64,000 bases of DNA from an uncultured Candidatus Saccharibacteria bacterium (GCA_964547425.1 CAZJNH010000001.1:5295-69294), one strand, 5' to 3'. Positions 36,718 to 45,476 are shown, counted from the stretch's first letter. The notes: generated from the sequence alone by a model not told the origin. Translations and numbers: made by a program.

Positions 36718-37797
36718 CTATTGAATCTGGCTTTTTAGATAAGCTTCGATGAACAAATCGATGTTGCCGCCCAAAACTCCGGCGGTGTCACTGGTCTCGG
36801 CGCCGGTGCGATGGTCTTTGACTAAGTTATACGGATGCAAAACGTAAGAGCGGATTTGGCTCCCCCACTGCTCGGTACCGCTCGATACTTTGATCTCCGA
36901 CAGCTTTTCACGGTGCTGCTCCTCCATCAACGCCGCCAGCCGGGCTCGCAGTACTTCCATCGCCTTCTCCTTGTTTTGCATCTGCGATCGCTCGTTTTGG
37001 ATGCTGACCGTCACCCTTGTCGGAATATGAGTAATCCTGACCGCCGAATCTGTGGTGTTAACCGACTGGCCACCATGCCCTCCGCTGCGAAATACGTCAG
37101 TCTTCAGATCCTTGGGATCAATTTCTAGTTGTGGCCCGCTGATCTGCGGCATCACCTCAACCAGGGCGAAGGAAGTCTGGCGCAAATGGTCGGCGTTAAA
37201 CGGACTTTGGCGCACCAGGCGGTGAACCCCTTTTTCGCTTTTGAGATTCCCGTAAGCATAGGGCCCATTAACCTCGAAGGTTACGCTTTTGATCCCGGCT
37301 TCCTCCCCTTTTGATAAATCCAAAACCTGAGCCGTGAACTGTTTTTTCTCCGCCCATCGCAAATACATCCGCTGAAGCATCTCCGCCCAATCCTGCGCGT
37401 CGGTGCCGCCGGTACCGGCATAAATCGAGATGATCGCTGAATCCTTGTCGTAGTTGCCTGCCATCTTTAGCTCAAACTCCATCGCCACAAACTCGGCCTC
37501 TAGCTGCTGGGAAGTTTTGCCAATCTCGGCCGCCATCGCAACATCGGCGTCTTCAAGTAGAGATAAGTTACCCATGATCTCGCTTTCGAGATTGCGCCAA
37601 CTTTCAATGTGCTTATTGAGCCGGGCGTGTTCGCTGGAAATCTTGGCGGCTTGGGCTTGATTGGACCAAAAATCAGGCTCCTGCATCTGCTTCTCCAGCT
37701 CAGCAACCTTCCTCTCTTCGTCCTCAATTTTAATTTGGACGATCGCCTGGCGAACCTCGGCCAGCAAATTCTCCAAATTCTTCCGCACTTCTTGCAT
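36718..37797 (-). CDS. prfB: peptide chain release factor 2 (single intact frame, no programmed frameshift)
   Basis: SPF tripeptide (VRQSPFNADHLRQTSF) and GGQ (RSGGHGGQSVNT). 359 aa uninterrupted. Confidence 0.85.
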   Translation of the reverse strand: MQEVRKNLENLLAEVRQAIVQIKIEDEERKVAELEKQMQEPDFWSNQAQAAKISSEHARLNKHIESWRNLESEIMGNLSLLEDADVAMAAEIGKTSQQLEAEFVAMEFELKMAGNYDKDSAIISIYAGTGGTDAQDWAEMLQRMYLRWAEKKQFTAQVLDLSKGEEAGIKSVTFEVNGPYAYGNLKSEKGVHRLVRQSPFNADHLRQTSFALVEVMPQISGPQLEIDPKDLKTDVFRSGGHGGQSVNTTDSAVRITHIPTRVTVSIQNERSQMQNKEKAMEVLRARLAALMEEQHREKLSEIKVSSGTEQWGSQIRSYVLHPYNLVKDHRTGAETSDTAGVLGGNIDLFIEAYLKSQIQ

Positions 37798-37844
37798 CCC
37801 TCTATTCTACCTTCCCTACCCTACTCTGAGGAGCCTTCGCAACC

Positions 37845-37923
37845 GCTCCGTAGGGGTATTATCCGAAAACGACCCTTGTCGCAACGTCGACCGGGGAGTT
37901 GAGGATGGTACCCCGAAAGGAGC
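37845..37923. ncRNA. conserved structured element, copy 2 (same family as 22425-22501)
   Basis: GCTCC...GGAGC outer stem and GGGGTATTATCC/GGATGGTACCCC inner stem; the GCCC/GGGC of copy 1 is replaced by ATCC/GGAT here, which keeps the pairing. Core CGACCCTTGTCGCAACGTCGACCGGGGAG. Confidence 0.4.
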
Positions 37924-38024
37924 AAATTCCCAAACAAAAAAGGACTCCGAAGAGTCCTTTTTTGCCTTGCCATCTCGCGACAAGCGCCATAGTTACGGGG
38001 CCGAAGCCCCGCGACTATATTGCG

Positions 38025-39176
38025 TTATCGCTTTAAAGCCTTAAGTAAGTCGCGCTTAGAGCGGATCCAGGCCCGGGCAGAATATCCCAGAGCGCTGAAA
38101 CCGACTAGGCCGCCAGCCGCGCCTTCGGCACCGGTCTGCGGCAATGGGCCGCTAGGCAGGTGGCCGCCGCCAACGTTACAGTTGACTTTGCAAACCGGGG
38201 GCTTGTGGTTACAGTTGAACGTACAAACCGGAGGTTTACAGTTGTTCTGCTCTTGGCAGGTAGGCGGTTTACAGGTGTTAGTCTGCTCACAGGGCGGGGT
38301 TTGAGTGACGATCTTTACGATCGCAACGTCACACCCGTGCTGGTTCCCGTTAGCAGTGAAACACGCTTGGTTAGTAATGAACCCGGCAGTACTTTGGGTA
38401 ACTTTGACGGTGATGTCAAAGAACTTCAGTTTACCGGCCGCAATGTCTCCAAAGTTGGATTGAATGTGGCGGGTGGACGGGTTGCTAACTAACTCAACTC
38501 CAGCGGGCAGATCGTCGGTCATAACCACGTTCTGCATTACTGAAGTACCATTGTTGGTAATGGTGACATCGTATTTTAGGGTGTCACCGGTGTTGACCTC
38601 AACGGCGTGGGCCTGATCGTCGGCGGCGTGGTTGGTGTTAGGGTCGGTAGTCTCATCAATCACACGCTTAAAGATCTGGCCGAACGGGGCGGAAATCTGT
38701 TTTACGGGGTTGCCGCAAGATTTGATGATCGCCCAGTGGAAGGTACCACCAGAAACGTTAACGAACGCCGGCAACGAGTTGCTGACGAACGACACTGAAG
38801 TCGGGCGCATCCACAGGCTGCCGTCATGGACGGAACCTTGCAGGAATTCGCGGCCTGAGCTCCAGACGTTGGTGGCTACAACGTGACCATTTACGATCAC
38901 TTGACCGCTTTTGGTAACCGAGCCATCAACCGTTGAGCTGGACAAAATGCCAGCCTCGGTGATGCCGCGGCCTTCGTTGTAATAGATTTGTTTTAGGTTG
39001 GCGGAGCTGTTTACTCCGTCACCTTGGTTAATACGTTTAACTAAAGTCGCTTTGTCGCCCGCACCACCGTTCATCACGGCGTTGGAGCTAAAGTCAGCGG
39101 CCAAAACATGTTTGGCGCCAACAGCAATTCCGGTCACTAGCGCTAAGGCTAGTAAAATTTTCTTGATCTTGAACAT
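38025..39176 (-). CDS. LPXTG-anchored surface protein with Cys-rich CxPPxC repeats
   Basis: Signal peptide. C-terminal LPQTG followed by a hydrophobic stretch and a basic tail (sortase sorting signal). Four CKPP(T/V)C-type repeats. Strong SD (AAAGGAGG). Confidence 0.7.
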   Translation of the reverse strand: MFKIKKILLALALVTGIAVGAKHVLAADFSSNAVMNGGAGDKATLVKRINQGDGVNSSANLKQIYYNEGRGITEAGILSSSTVDGSVTKSGQVIVNGHVVATNVWSSGREFLQGSVHDGSLWMRPTSVSFVSNSLPAFVNVSGGTFHWAIIKSCGNPVKQISAPFGQIFKRVIDETTDPNTNHAADDQAHAVEVNTGDTLKYDVTITNNGTSVMQNVVMTDDLPAGVELVSNPSTRHIQSNFGDIAAGKLKFFDITVKVTQSTAGFITNQACFTANGNQHGCDVAIVKIVTQTPPCEQTNTCKPPTCQEQNNCKPPVCTFNCNHKPPVCKVNCNVGGGHLPSGPLPQTGAEGAAGGLVGFSALGYSARAWIRSKRDLLKALKR

Positions 39177-39314
39177 TAATGTTCCTCCTTTGAGGAAAAG
39201 TTTGTTAATTAATAGAAAGCTAGAAGCTAATCGCTAAAAGCTTTGTAAGGCTTTAAATGATGACAATGTCAAAGGGCCTCTGCCCTGCAGCCGAATAGTC
39301 AAAGATCTTCAAGA

Positions 39315-39366
39315 AGTTCAAAAAAGTGAAACTCCCGGGAGGAGGAGTAAGTATCCTCCTCCCGGG
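39315..39366 (-). terminator. intrinsic terminator of the GC-rich island operon
   Basis: Perfect 13-bp GC stem (CCCGGGAGGAGGA/TCCTCCTCCCGGG), followed on the minus strand by AGUUUCACUUUUUU. Confidence 0.45.
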
Positions 39367-39389
39367 TTACAGCTGATGCTGCGTTCGCT

Positions 39390-40322
39390 CTACGCGCTTC
39401 CGGCACTTGTGCCGTTGCCCGTAGAGCATGTGCCGTCCCCATTTGCGTGGGCATTGGGGTCGGAACAGTTACCGCCGCCCTGGTTCTGGTCCGGCTGTTT
39501 GCCGTTGCTGACCTTCCCAGGACCGTTGGTGTCACCCGTTGACGTCGGGTTGTTCGTCGGCTTGGTGTTGGTTGGCGTTGTTGTGCCACCGCCACCGGAC
39601 GGAGTCACCACGGTTGTTCCGGGGCTAACCGGAGTTACCGGTGCTGACGGGACCGTCGTCGACGTCTGCGGAGCCGTATTCCCCTGCGGCGACGAGGCTC
39701 TGTGGGGAGCCACGTTGCTGTCAGGCGTCGGTGCTTTGTTGGTCGACGGCGCGGCCTTGCCTTGCGGCTTGGCCGGTGCCGACACCTTCGGCGCCGGTTT
39801 GGCAACCGGCTCCGTACTGGTGCTGCGACCCGTGACCGTGGCAGCCGCGAGGGCCAGTACGATCAGCACCCACCAAGGCTTTCGGCGCTTGCGGGACCTG
39901 GCGGTCTCGAGCGTCGTGGTCTTGGTGCCCTGCGGCAGAGTCAGAACCTGAGTCTGCATTGCGGTCGTGTCGCCACGAGCCGTCCTGCGAATCAGGTCTG
40001 TGGCCACCGCCGTGACGATCGCCTTCTCTTCGACCGTCAGCCGTGGCTGGGGAGCCAGGTTGACCGTGCGAACCGCGAGGTTCGCGTCGGCCGTCGGCTC
40101 GACGATCGTGATCTTCGGCACCGGCCGGGTCGCGGTCTGCGCCTGCTGCGGAGCGACTCCCAACATCTGGGACAGCTCCTCGTTCAAACGCGAATCGCCC
40201 GGGCGGTCACCGAAGTGGTGAAGCCGCCTGATCTCCTCGCGCTCGAGCTCCTTCTCCGCCGCCTCCCGCTCGATGCGGACTCGGAGAGGATCCTTGTGCA
40301 GCGTTGAGCTTGCCATTGTCAC
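39390..40322 (-). CDS. island protein: N-in single-pass membrane protein with a Pro/Thr-rich disordered ectodomain and a C-terminal Cys motif
   Basis: 310 aa. Cytoplasmic charged N-terminus, TM (WWVLIVLALAAATV), low-complexity P/T/S-rich tail ending GNCSDPNAHANGDGTCSTGNGTSAGS. Strong SD (GGGGAGGTG). Higher GC than the flanks. Confidence 0.5.
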   Translation of the reverse strand: MTMASSTLHKDPLRVRIEREAAEKELEREEIRRLHHFGDRPGDSRLNEELSQMLGVAPQQAQTATRPVPKITIVEPTADANLAVRTVNLAPQPRLTVEEKAIVTAVATDLIRRTARGDTTAMQTQVLTLPQGTKTTTLETARSRKRRKPWWVLIVLALAAATVTGRSTSTEPVAKPAPKVSAPAKPQGKAAPSTNKAPTPDSNVAPHRASSPQGNTAPQTSTTVPSAPVTPVSPGTTVVTPSGGGGTTTPTNTKPTNNPTSTGDTNGPGKVSNGKQPDQNQGGGNCSDPNAHANGDGTCSTGNGTSAGSA

Positions 40323-40327
40323 CTCCC

Positions 40328-40927
40328 CTACTTTGATCCGGCGCTTTCGCCGCCGGTAACGCAGTTGCCGTCACCATCCGGATGGGTGGTATCGGCCGGA
40401 CAGGTCTCGCCGTGCTGGGCATCGGTTACCCGCTGCCCTTGGCTCTGGCTCGACGATGACGATGCTGAACTTGAATCGCCGCTCAGTGCCGGGAGGTTGG
40501 CTAATGCGCCGCCCGACCCGGAACTGCTGTTGCTACTCGAACTCGAACCGTTGGTTGCGGCCGAATTCGAGTTTGAAGCGTCAGACGAGGTACTGGAACT
40601 GCTTCCCGGAGCCGCCGTCGCCGATGGTTTCGGCGTGTAAATCGGCATCTGGGATGAATCGGTGGCCTTGGACGCGGGATCGAACACCGTGTGCGTCTTC
40701 GATCCCAGGAGGAAAAACACCCCGGCGATCGCGACGAACAAGAAAGCCACCCACGCCCAACCCTTGCGGTTTGCGGGCAGGAAGCGCTTCTCGTGCTGCT
40801 CACGCATGTCGATGTTCTGCGTCTGGTCCGGCGGCGTCTGGGGCACGGCGGGGATGTGTTGCGTCTCCGCGTGTGCCTGGTCATACGCTGCAGCCCACTC
40901 GTTCCGCTCTTCGGTACCGAGTGCCAC
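40328..40927 (-). CDS. island protein: paralogous single-pass membrane protein with a Ser-rich ectodomain and the same C-terminal Cys motif
   Basis: 199 aa. GTG start with a GAGGAGG SD. TM (WAWVAFLFVAIAGVFFLL). Ser-rich tail ending GETCPADTTHPDGDGNCVTGGESAGS. Confidence 0.5.
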   Translation of the reverse strand: MALGTEERNEWAAAYDQAHAETQHIPAVPQTPPDQTQNIDMREQHEKRFLPANRKGWAWVAFLFVAIAGVFFLLGSKTHTVFDPASKATDSSQMPIYTPKPSATAAPGSSSSTSSDASNSNSAATNGSSSSSNSSSGSGGALANLPALSGDSSSASSSSSQSQGQRVTDAQHGETCPADTTHPDGDGNCVTGGESAGSK

Positions 40928-41958
40928 TATGCCTTCACCTCCTCGTACGTGTGTGCGACGGCCTCAAGGATCTGATCTCTGTCGTAGCTGTCGTGGGCTT
41001 TGGTGAGTTCTTTCATCAGCTCACCTCTGTCTCCACCACCTCTTACGGCAGCGACCATCACGTTGACGGCCTTGAGGAAATCCTTATCCAGCCGCCAGGC
41101 GTCCTTGTCCTTTTTCTTGCGCCGTTTCGGCTTGTCGGGTTTGGAACCGTTGCTCGACGGCTTGGACTTGGAGTTGTCCTCCGGCAGCTTAGGTCGCTGC
41201 TGGAGCACGTCATCGCGGAGCTGTTCGATGTGATGAACGAACTCGCTGCGCGCGTTGTCGATCAACTCCTTGACCCGGTCGCCATGGCGGCGATCCCGGC
41301 GGTCAAGTTCGTCTTGGAGGCTCTTACCGAAATCGGTAAGCAGTTCCTCCACAACGGTTCGGATCGCGGCGATCGAGACAGACTCGTCGCCGGCCCGATT
41401 TGCGTCCGGCTTACTGCCCTGCTCGACCACTACGTTCCCCTTTCGGTTGGATTCTGGCCTGATCCGCAGCCCCTCGGACTCTCTCAGAGAGTCTGCCAGC
41501 GTGCTCGGGAGGAGCTCTCCCGACATCAATTGTTTCGCTACAGCGGTCTCCGGCTTGTTGGCCGGATCCTCTTGACGGCGAAACTCGGCATACTCTCTGA
41601 GGTACGGGACAAACTGCAATGCTTCGCGGAGGGCGTTGACGGTCTGGTTGCGCGAAGCACGTTTCGCGTTCTCATCGAGATCGCGATAGTACTCCAGCAA
41701 CCGTTCGAGCGTCTTCACTGCCGCCTTTGAGGGCTTTCCTGAAAACTTCACGTTCTCCGGCAACATCTCCCCGAGCAGGAGCTTGACCGCTAGTGAAGCG
41801 GCCTTCTCCTCTTCGAGATTAAAACCCGGCAGTTGCTCGACTAGCTCCAGCATATTGCCGAGGCAGTCGAGCTTTGCTTCTTCATCCAAGTTACCGGCGG
41901 CATCCTCTTTCTGGTAGGCCGCGGCGCCTTCTCGGATGACTTTTTTCACATCCTCCAT
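40927..41958 (-). CDS. island protein: charged cytoplasmic hypothetical protein
   Basis: 343 aa, no TM, highly charged. Strong SD (GAGGAGGTG). First gene of the three-gene island operon. Confidence 0.5.
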   Translation of the reverse strand: MEDVKKVIREGAAAYQKEDAAGNLDEEAKLDCLGNMLELVEQLPGFNLEEEKAASLAVKLLLGEMLPENVKFSGKPSKAAVKTLERLLEYYRDLDENAKRASRNQTVNALREALQFVPYLREYAEFRRQEDPANKPETAVAKQLMSGELLPSTLADSLRESEGLRIRPESNRKGNVVVEQGSKPDANRAGDESVSIAAIRTVVEELLTDFGKSLQDELDRRDRRHGDRVKELIDNARSEFVHHIEQLRDDVLQQRPKLPEDNSKSKPSSNGSKPDKPKRRKKKDKDAWRLDKDFLKAVNVMVAAVRGGGDRGELMKELTKAHDSYDRDQILEAVAHTYEEVKA

Positions 41959-42070
41959 CCCACCTCCTCATCCGGTAACCCAATCCGCCAATCAGGCGAA
42001 ACTTATTTTTCAAAGTTTTGCGCCCAGTCGGGCGAACAAGGCCTCGGTTTAAGAGGCGATTCGGTGATGC

Positions 42071-42156
42071 GTCTGTAGACAGTAGCCTGCCAGCGCCTTA
42101 CCTGGGCGGCAAGTAAGGGTGCTGGCAGATTGCTGCCTACAGACTGTTTTGGTTTT
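42071..42156 (+). other. orphan long imperfect hairpin with a 3' T-tract (terminator-like; possible small-RNA 3' end)
   Basis: GTCTGTAGACAGTAGCCTGCCAGCGCC ... GGTGCTGGCAGATTGCTGCCTACAGAC followed by TGTTTTGGTTTT. No upstream plus-strand gene. Confidence 0.3.
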
Positions 42157-42377
42157 AGGTCTTGATTGACCTTTGACTATTCGGCTGTCAAGGACCCGCG
42201 TTTTGGCAAAAATAAAACCCCGGGTCAAGCCCAGAGGATTGTTTGGTCCGCCCACATTATGTTGGCGATCCGCCTCACAGCTTGCCAGAACGTGAATGCG
42301 ATAAGCCTAGCATAATTCGTCAATCTTGTCAATGCTTATTATGCTTTATGCCAAAACTCTTATGGCTTTTTGCCAAA

Positions 42378-45041
42378 TTACTTCGAGTGAGCCTGATGTT
42401 CAGGAGAGTTGATTAATCCGCATTTTTTGTACTTTAAACCGCTTCCGCAAGGACAAGGATCGTTGCGGCCTATCTTCTTTTTAGAATCTAGTGGAGAGGC
42501 GCTAGCAACGAGAGGTTTGGTAGTAGTAACGCCTGATTGTTTGCGCGTTGCCGGTTTCTTTTTGAATTCCTCTCCCCCTCCGCCAGTCAAAGCTTTCTCT
42601 GCGGCCTTGGTTAAGGCCGTTTCTACCGGCGCTTGCTGCTGCTGCATCGTAATCTCAACCTTAAAGATCGTAGCGGCGATTTCAGCCTCCATCGCCCCAA
42701 TTAACTGCTGAAACAACTTGTAACCCTCAGCTTTATACTCCACTAACGGGTCTTTTTGCCCGACAGCTCGCAGTCCAATACCCTCCCGTAATCCGGTCAT
42801 AGCATCTAGGTGCTCGATCCATAAATTATCCATCACACGAAGATACGTTAGACGCTCCGCCAGCTTCATTAGCTCCTGGCCAACTTGCTCCGTTCGCCAG
42901 TCATACAAAGCCTCCGCATGCTTCATTAATATATGGACGACCTCCTCCGGCAGTGATTTCTTGATCTGGGCAATCAGTTTGTCATCGAGTGGCACGATGT
43001 TCGCAACCGCCGTCACCACTTTGTCGTGGTCCATGACAGTAGTCCTAACGTCGGTGTGGGCGGTTACGATAGCCTTAAATTCGCCGTCAATCATCTCTAT
43101 AATTTCGGGTCGTAGGTTCTGGTTCTCGAGAGCTTTGCGACGTTTGGCGTAAATCACCTCACGGTGGCGGTTCATCACATCATCGTACTCAACCAGGTTT
43201 TTGCGGATATCGAAGTTGTGGCCTTCCACCTTTTTCTGGGCGCTCTCGATAGATTTTGACACCATCGAGTTCTCGATCGGCGTGTCATCATCGATCCCTA
43301 AACTGCCCATTAGTCCGGCAATGCGCTCACCGCCAAAAATCCGCATCAAATCATCTTCCAGCGACACGTAAAACCGGCTAAAACCAGGGTCGCCTTGCCG
43401 ACCAGAACGACCTCGCAGCTGATTGTCGATCCGGCGAGCTTCGTGGCGTTCCGACCCAACCACAGCCAACCCGCCGAGCTTATCGACGCCCTTTTCCAGC
43501 ACAATGTCGGTACCACGACCTGCAATGTTGGTCGCCAGTGTAACCGCGCCCTTTTGCCCGGCGCCTGCCACGATCGTAGCTTCTTTCTCGTTGTTCTTGG
43601 CGTTTAGGATTTCGTGAGGCACCTTCAGTTGTTTCAAGAAACTGCCTAATAATTCATTCTTCTCGATCGAAACCGTACCAATTAGCACCGGCTGGCCCTT
43701 GTCGTGCATCTCCTTCACGTCCATAGCGATCGCCCGAAACTTGCCCTCTTCGGTCTTATAAATCTTATCGGGGAAGTCCTGGCGAACCATATCGCGGTTG
43801 GTCGGGATTACCACCACGTCTAGCCCATAAATTTTGTGGAACTCCTCGCTCTCGGTCTCGGCGGTACCGGTCATTCCCGATAGTTTCTCGTACAACCGGA
43901 AGTAGTTCTGGAAGGTTATAGTCGCCAGCGTCAGTGACTCCTGCTGGATGTGTACTCCTTCCTTTGCCTCAACCGCCTGGTGCAAACCCTCGCTCCAGCG
44001 CCGGCCGGGCATTAACCGACCGGTAAACTCGTCGACAATAATAACTTCGTCGTCTCGCACCACGTAATCCCGGTCGCGGCGAAACAACGCCTTGGCCTTC
44101 AGCGCCTGCTCGATGTGGTGAACCTCGTCGATCCGCCCCGCCTCATAGATATTATCGACTCCCAGAGCCTTTTCGATCTTGGCGATCCCCTCATCGGTTA
44201 AGCTCGCGGCTTTGAGCTTTTCATCCAGCGTGTAATCTTTTTCCTCATTTAAAGTCTCCGAGAGTTTCGCGAACTGATAATACTTGTCGGTCGACTCTTC
44301 TGCTGGAGAAGAAATAATCAAAGGCGTTCGGGCTTCATCAATTAAAATCGAGTCGACTTCGTCCACGATCGCGAAATGCAGCGGCCTCTGGACCATTTTA
44401 GCCACATCATCCACCATGTTGTCACGCAAATAGTCAAAGCCAAATTCGTTGTTGGTTCCGTAGGTAATGTCGGCCTGATACGCCTCTTGCCGGCTAACTG
44501 GCTTCAAGCGCTTGAGCCGCTCATCGTCGTGGTCCGGATTATTAAATTTTGGGTCAAACAATAATGCCTGCTCATGAATAATCACTCCGGTGGTTAAGCC
44601 GAGTAAATTATAAATTTCGCCCATCCAGCCAGCGTCACGTTGCACCAGGTAATCGTTCACACTGACTACGTGGACACCTTTGCCCGTCAGCGCGTTTAAA
44701 TACACCGGCAGCGTGGCCACCAGCGTTTTACCCTCACCCGTCTTCATTTCGGCGATTTTACCCTCGTGGAGCACCATACCGCCTATTAACTGGACATCGT
44801 AATGCCGCTGCTTCAGCTTGCGTTTACCGGCCTCACGCACCAGCGCAAACGCCTCCGGCAATACGTCATCAAGAGTTTTACCGCCGACGATCTCTTTCTT
44901 AAGCCGCGCGGTCTCTTTAGATAAATCCTTAACTTTCTCAAACTTGGCTTCAAGATCGTTGATTTGGGCAACAATCGGCTCCAGACGCTTCACCGCCTTG
45001 GCGTTCTGATCCCCGAGTAGTTTGGTGATTAAATTCCGCAT
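42378..45041 (-). CDS. secA: preprotein translocase ATPase SecA
   Basis: 887 aa. DEAD-like motor motifs and a C-terminal zinc-binding tail (CPCGSGLKYKKC). Confidence 0.92.
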   Translation of the reverse strand: MRNLITKLLGDQNAKAVKRLEPIVAQINDLEAKFEKVKDLSKETARLKKEIVGGKTLDDVLPEAFALVREAGKRKLKQRHYDVQLIGGMVLHEGKIAEMKTGEGKTLVATLPVYLNALTGKGVHVVSVNDYLVQRDAGWMGEIYNLLGLTTGVIIHEQALLFDPKFNNPDHDDERLKRLKPVSRQEAYQADITYGTNNEFGFDYLRDNMVDDVAKMVQRPLHFAIVDEVDSILIDEARTPLIISSPAEESTDKYYQFAKLSETLNEEKDYTLDEKLKAASLTDEGIAKIEKALGVDNIYEAGRIDEVHHIEQALKAKALFRRDRDYVVRDDEVIIVDEFTGRLMPGRRWSEGLHQAVEAKEGVHIQQESLTLATITFQNYFRLYEKLSGMTGTAETESEEFHKIYGLDVVVIPTNRDMVRQDFPDKIYKTEEGKFRAIAMDVKEMHDKGQPVLIGTVSIEKNELLGSFLKQLKVPHEILNAKNNEKEATIVAGAGQKGAVTLATNIAGRGTDIVLEKGVDKLGGLAVVGSERHEARRIDNQLRGRSGRQGDPGFSRFYVSLEDDLMRIFGGERIAGLMGSLGIDDDTPIENSMVSKSIESAQKKVEGHNFDIRKNLVEYDDVMNRHREVIYAKRRKALENQNLRPEIIEMIDGEFKAIVTAHTDVRTTVMDHDKVVTAVANIVPLDDKLIAQIKKSLPEEVVHILMKHAEALYDWRTEQVGQELMKLAERLTYLRVMDNLWIEHLDAMTGLREGIGLRAVGQKDPLVEYKAEGYKLFQQLIGAMEAEIAATIFKVEITMQQQQAPVETALTKAAEKALTGGGGEEFKKKPATRKQSGVTTTKPLVASASPLDSKKKIGRNDPCPCGSGLKYKKCGLINSPEHQAHSK

Positions 45042-45069
45042 AATAACCGTAAAATCCTACCATTTTCAG

Positions 45070-45112
45070 GAGTAAAACAAAAGAGTCCCACACCGTATTG
45101 GTGTGAGACTCT
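45070..45112 (-). terminator. intrinsic terminator downstream of the cupin gene
   Basis: AGAGTCTCACACC-loop-GGTGTGGGACTCT on the minus strand, followed by UUUUGUUUUAC. Confidence 0.5.
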
Positions 45113-45125
45113 GTCCTCTTTGTTG

Positions 45126-45476
45126 CTAGCCGAGGAGCTCGCCTGGCGATCCCTGAATGGATGGCTCGCGAACTTCGACGTTGAACTCGAACATCTCCAT
45201 CTTCCCCTCGTATGAGTAGGAAGAGCCGGGGGGAATGATGAATAGGTCATTTGCCTCGGCCCTGAAAGACTTCTCTTCGAAGTGGAACCAGCCCTCACCG
45301 GAGATGATGAAGTAGACGCGAGCGGCGTCAACTTCCTTCAACGGGTGTTGGCCCTCGACGTGGGCACGTAGGGCTGTGAAGCCCAGGTCGCCAAACTCGG
45401 CAACGTACTTCCATCCACCATAGTCTCCGCGGTCGAAGTGCTCGATGTCTTCCAGTCTGACTCTGTGAGCGTTCAT
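45126..45476 (-). CDS. cupin-domain protein
   Basis: Cupin beta-barrel motifs (HVEGQHPLKEVDAARVYFIISGEGWF). Start chosen at MNAH, which has a GGAGAGGA SD. Confidence 0.55.
   Translation of the reverse strand: MNAHRVRLEDIEHFDRGDYGGWKYVAEFGDLGFTALRAHVEGQHPLKEVDAARVYFIISGEGWFHFEEKSFRAEANDLFIIPPGSSYSYEGKMEMFEFNVEVREPSIQGSPGELLG

Noticed and set aside
36718-37797. Programmed +1 frameshift in prfB
   Set aside because: The RF2 reading frame is uninterrupted across all 359 aa, and there is no in-frame early stop preceded by an SD-like CUU UGA site.
39376-41730. Several long plus-strand ORFs (39376..39951, 39702..40307, 40456..41730) across the island
   Set aside because: They are antisense to three minus-strand genes that have strong SDs and a coherent membrane-protein architecture. 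The plus-strand products are Arg/Pro-rich low-complexity sequence, typical of wrong-strand reading in GC-rich DNA.
42049-42255. 68-aa minus-strand ORF in the island-secA intergenic region
   Set aside because: It overlaps the long hairpin/T-tract structure and has no SD. It more likely reflects structured noncoding sequence.
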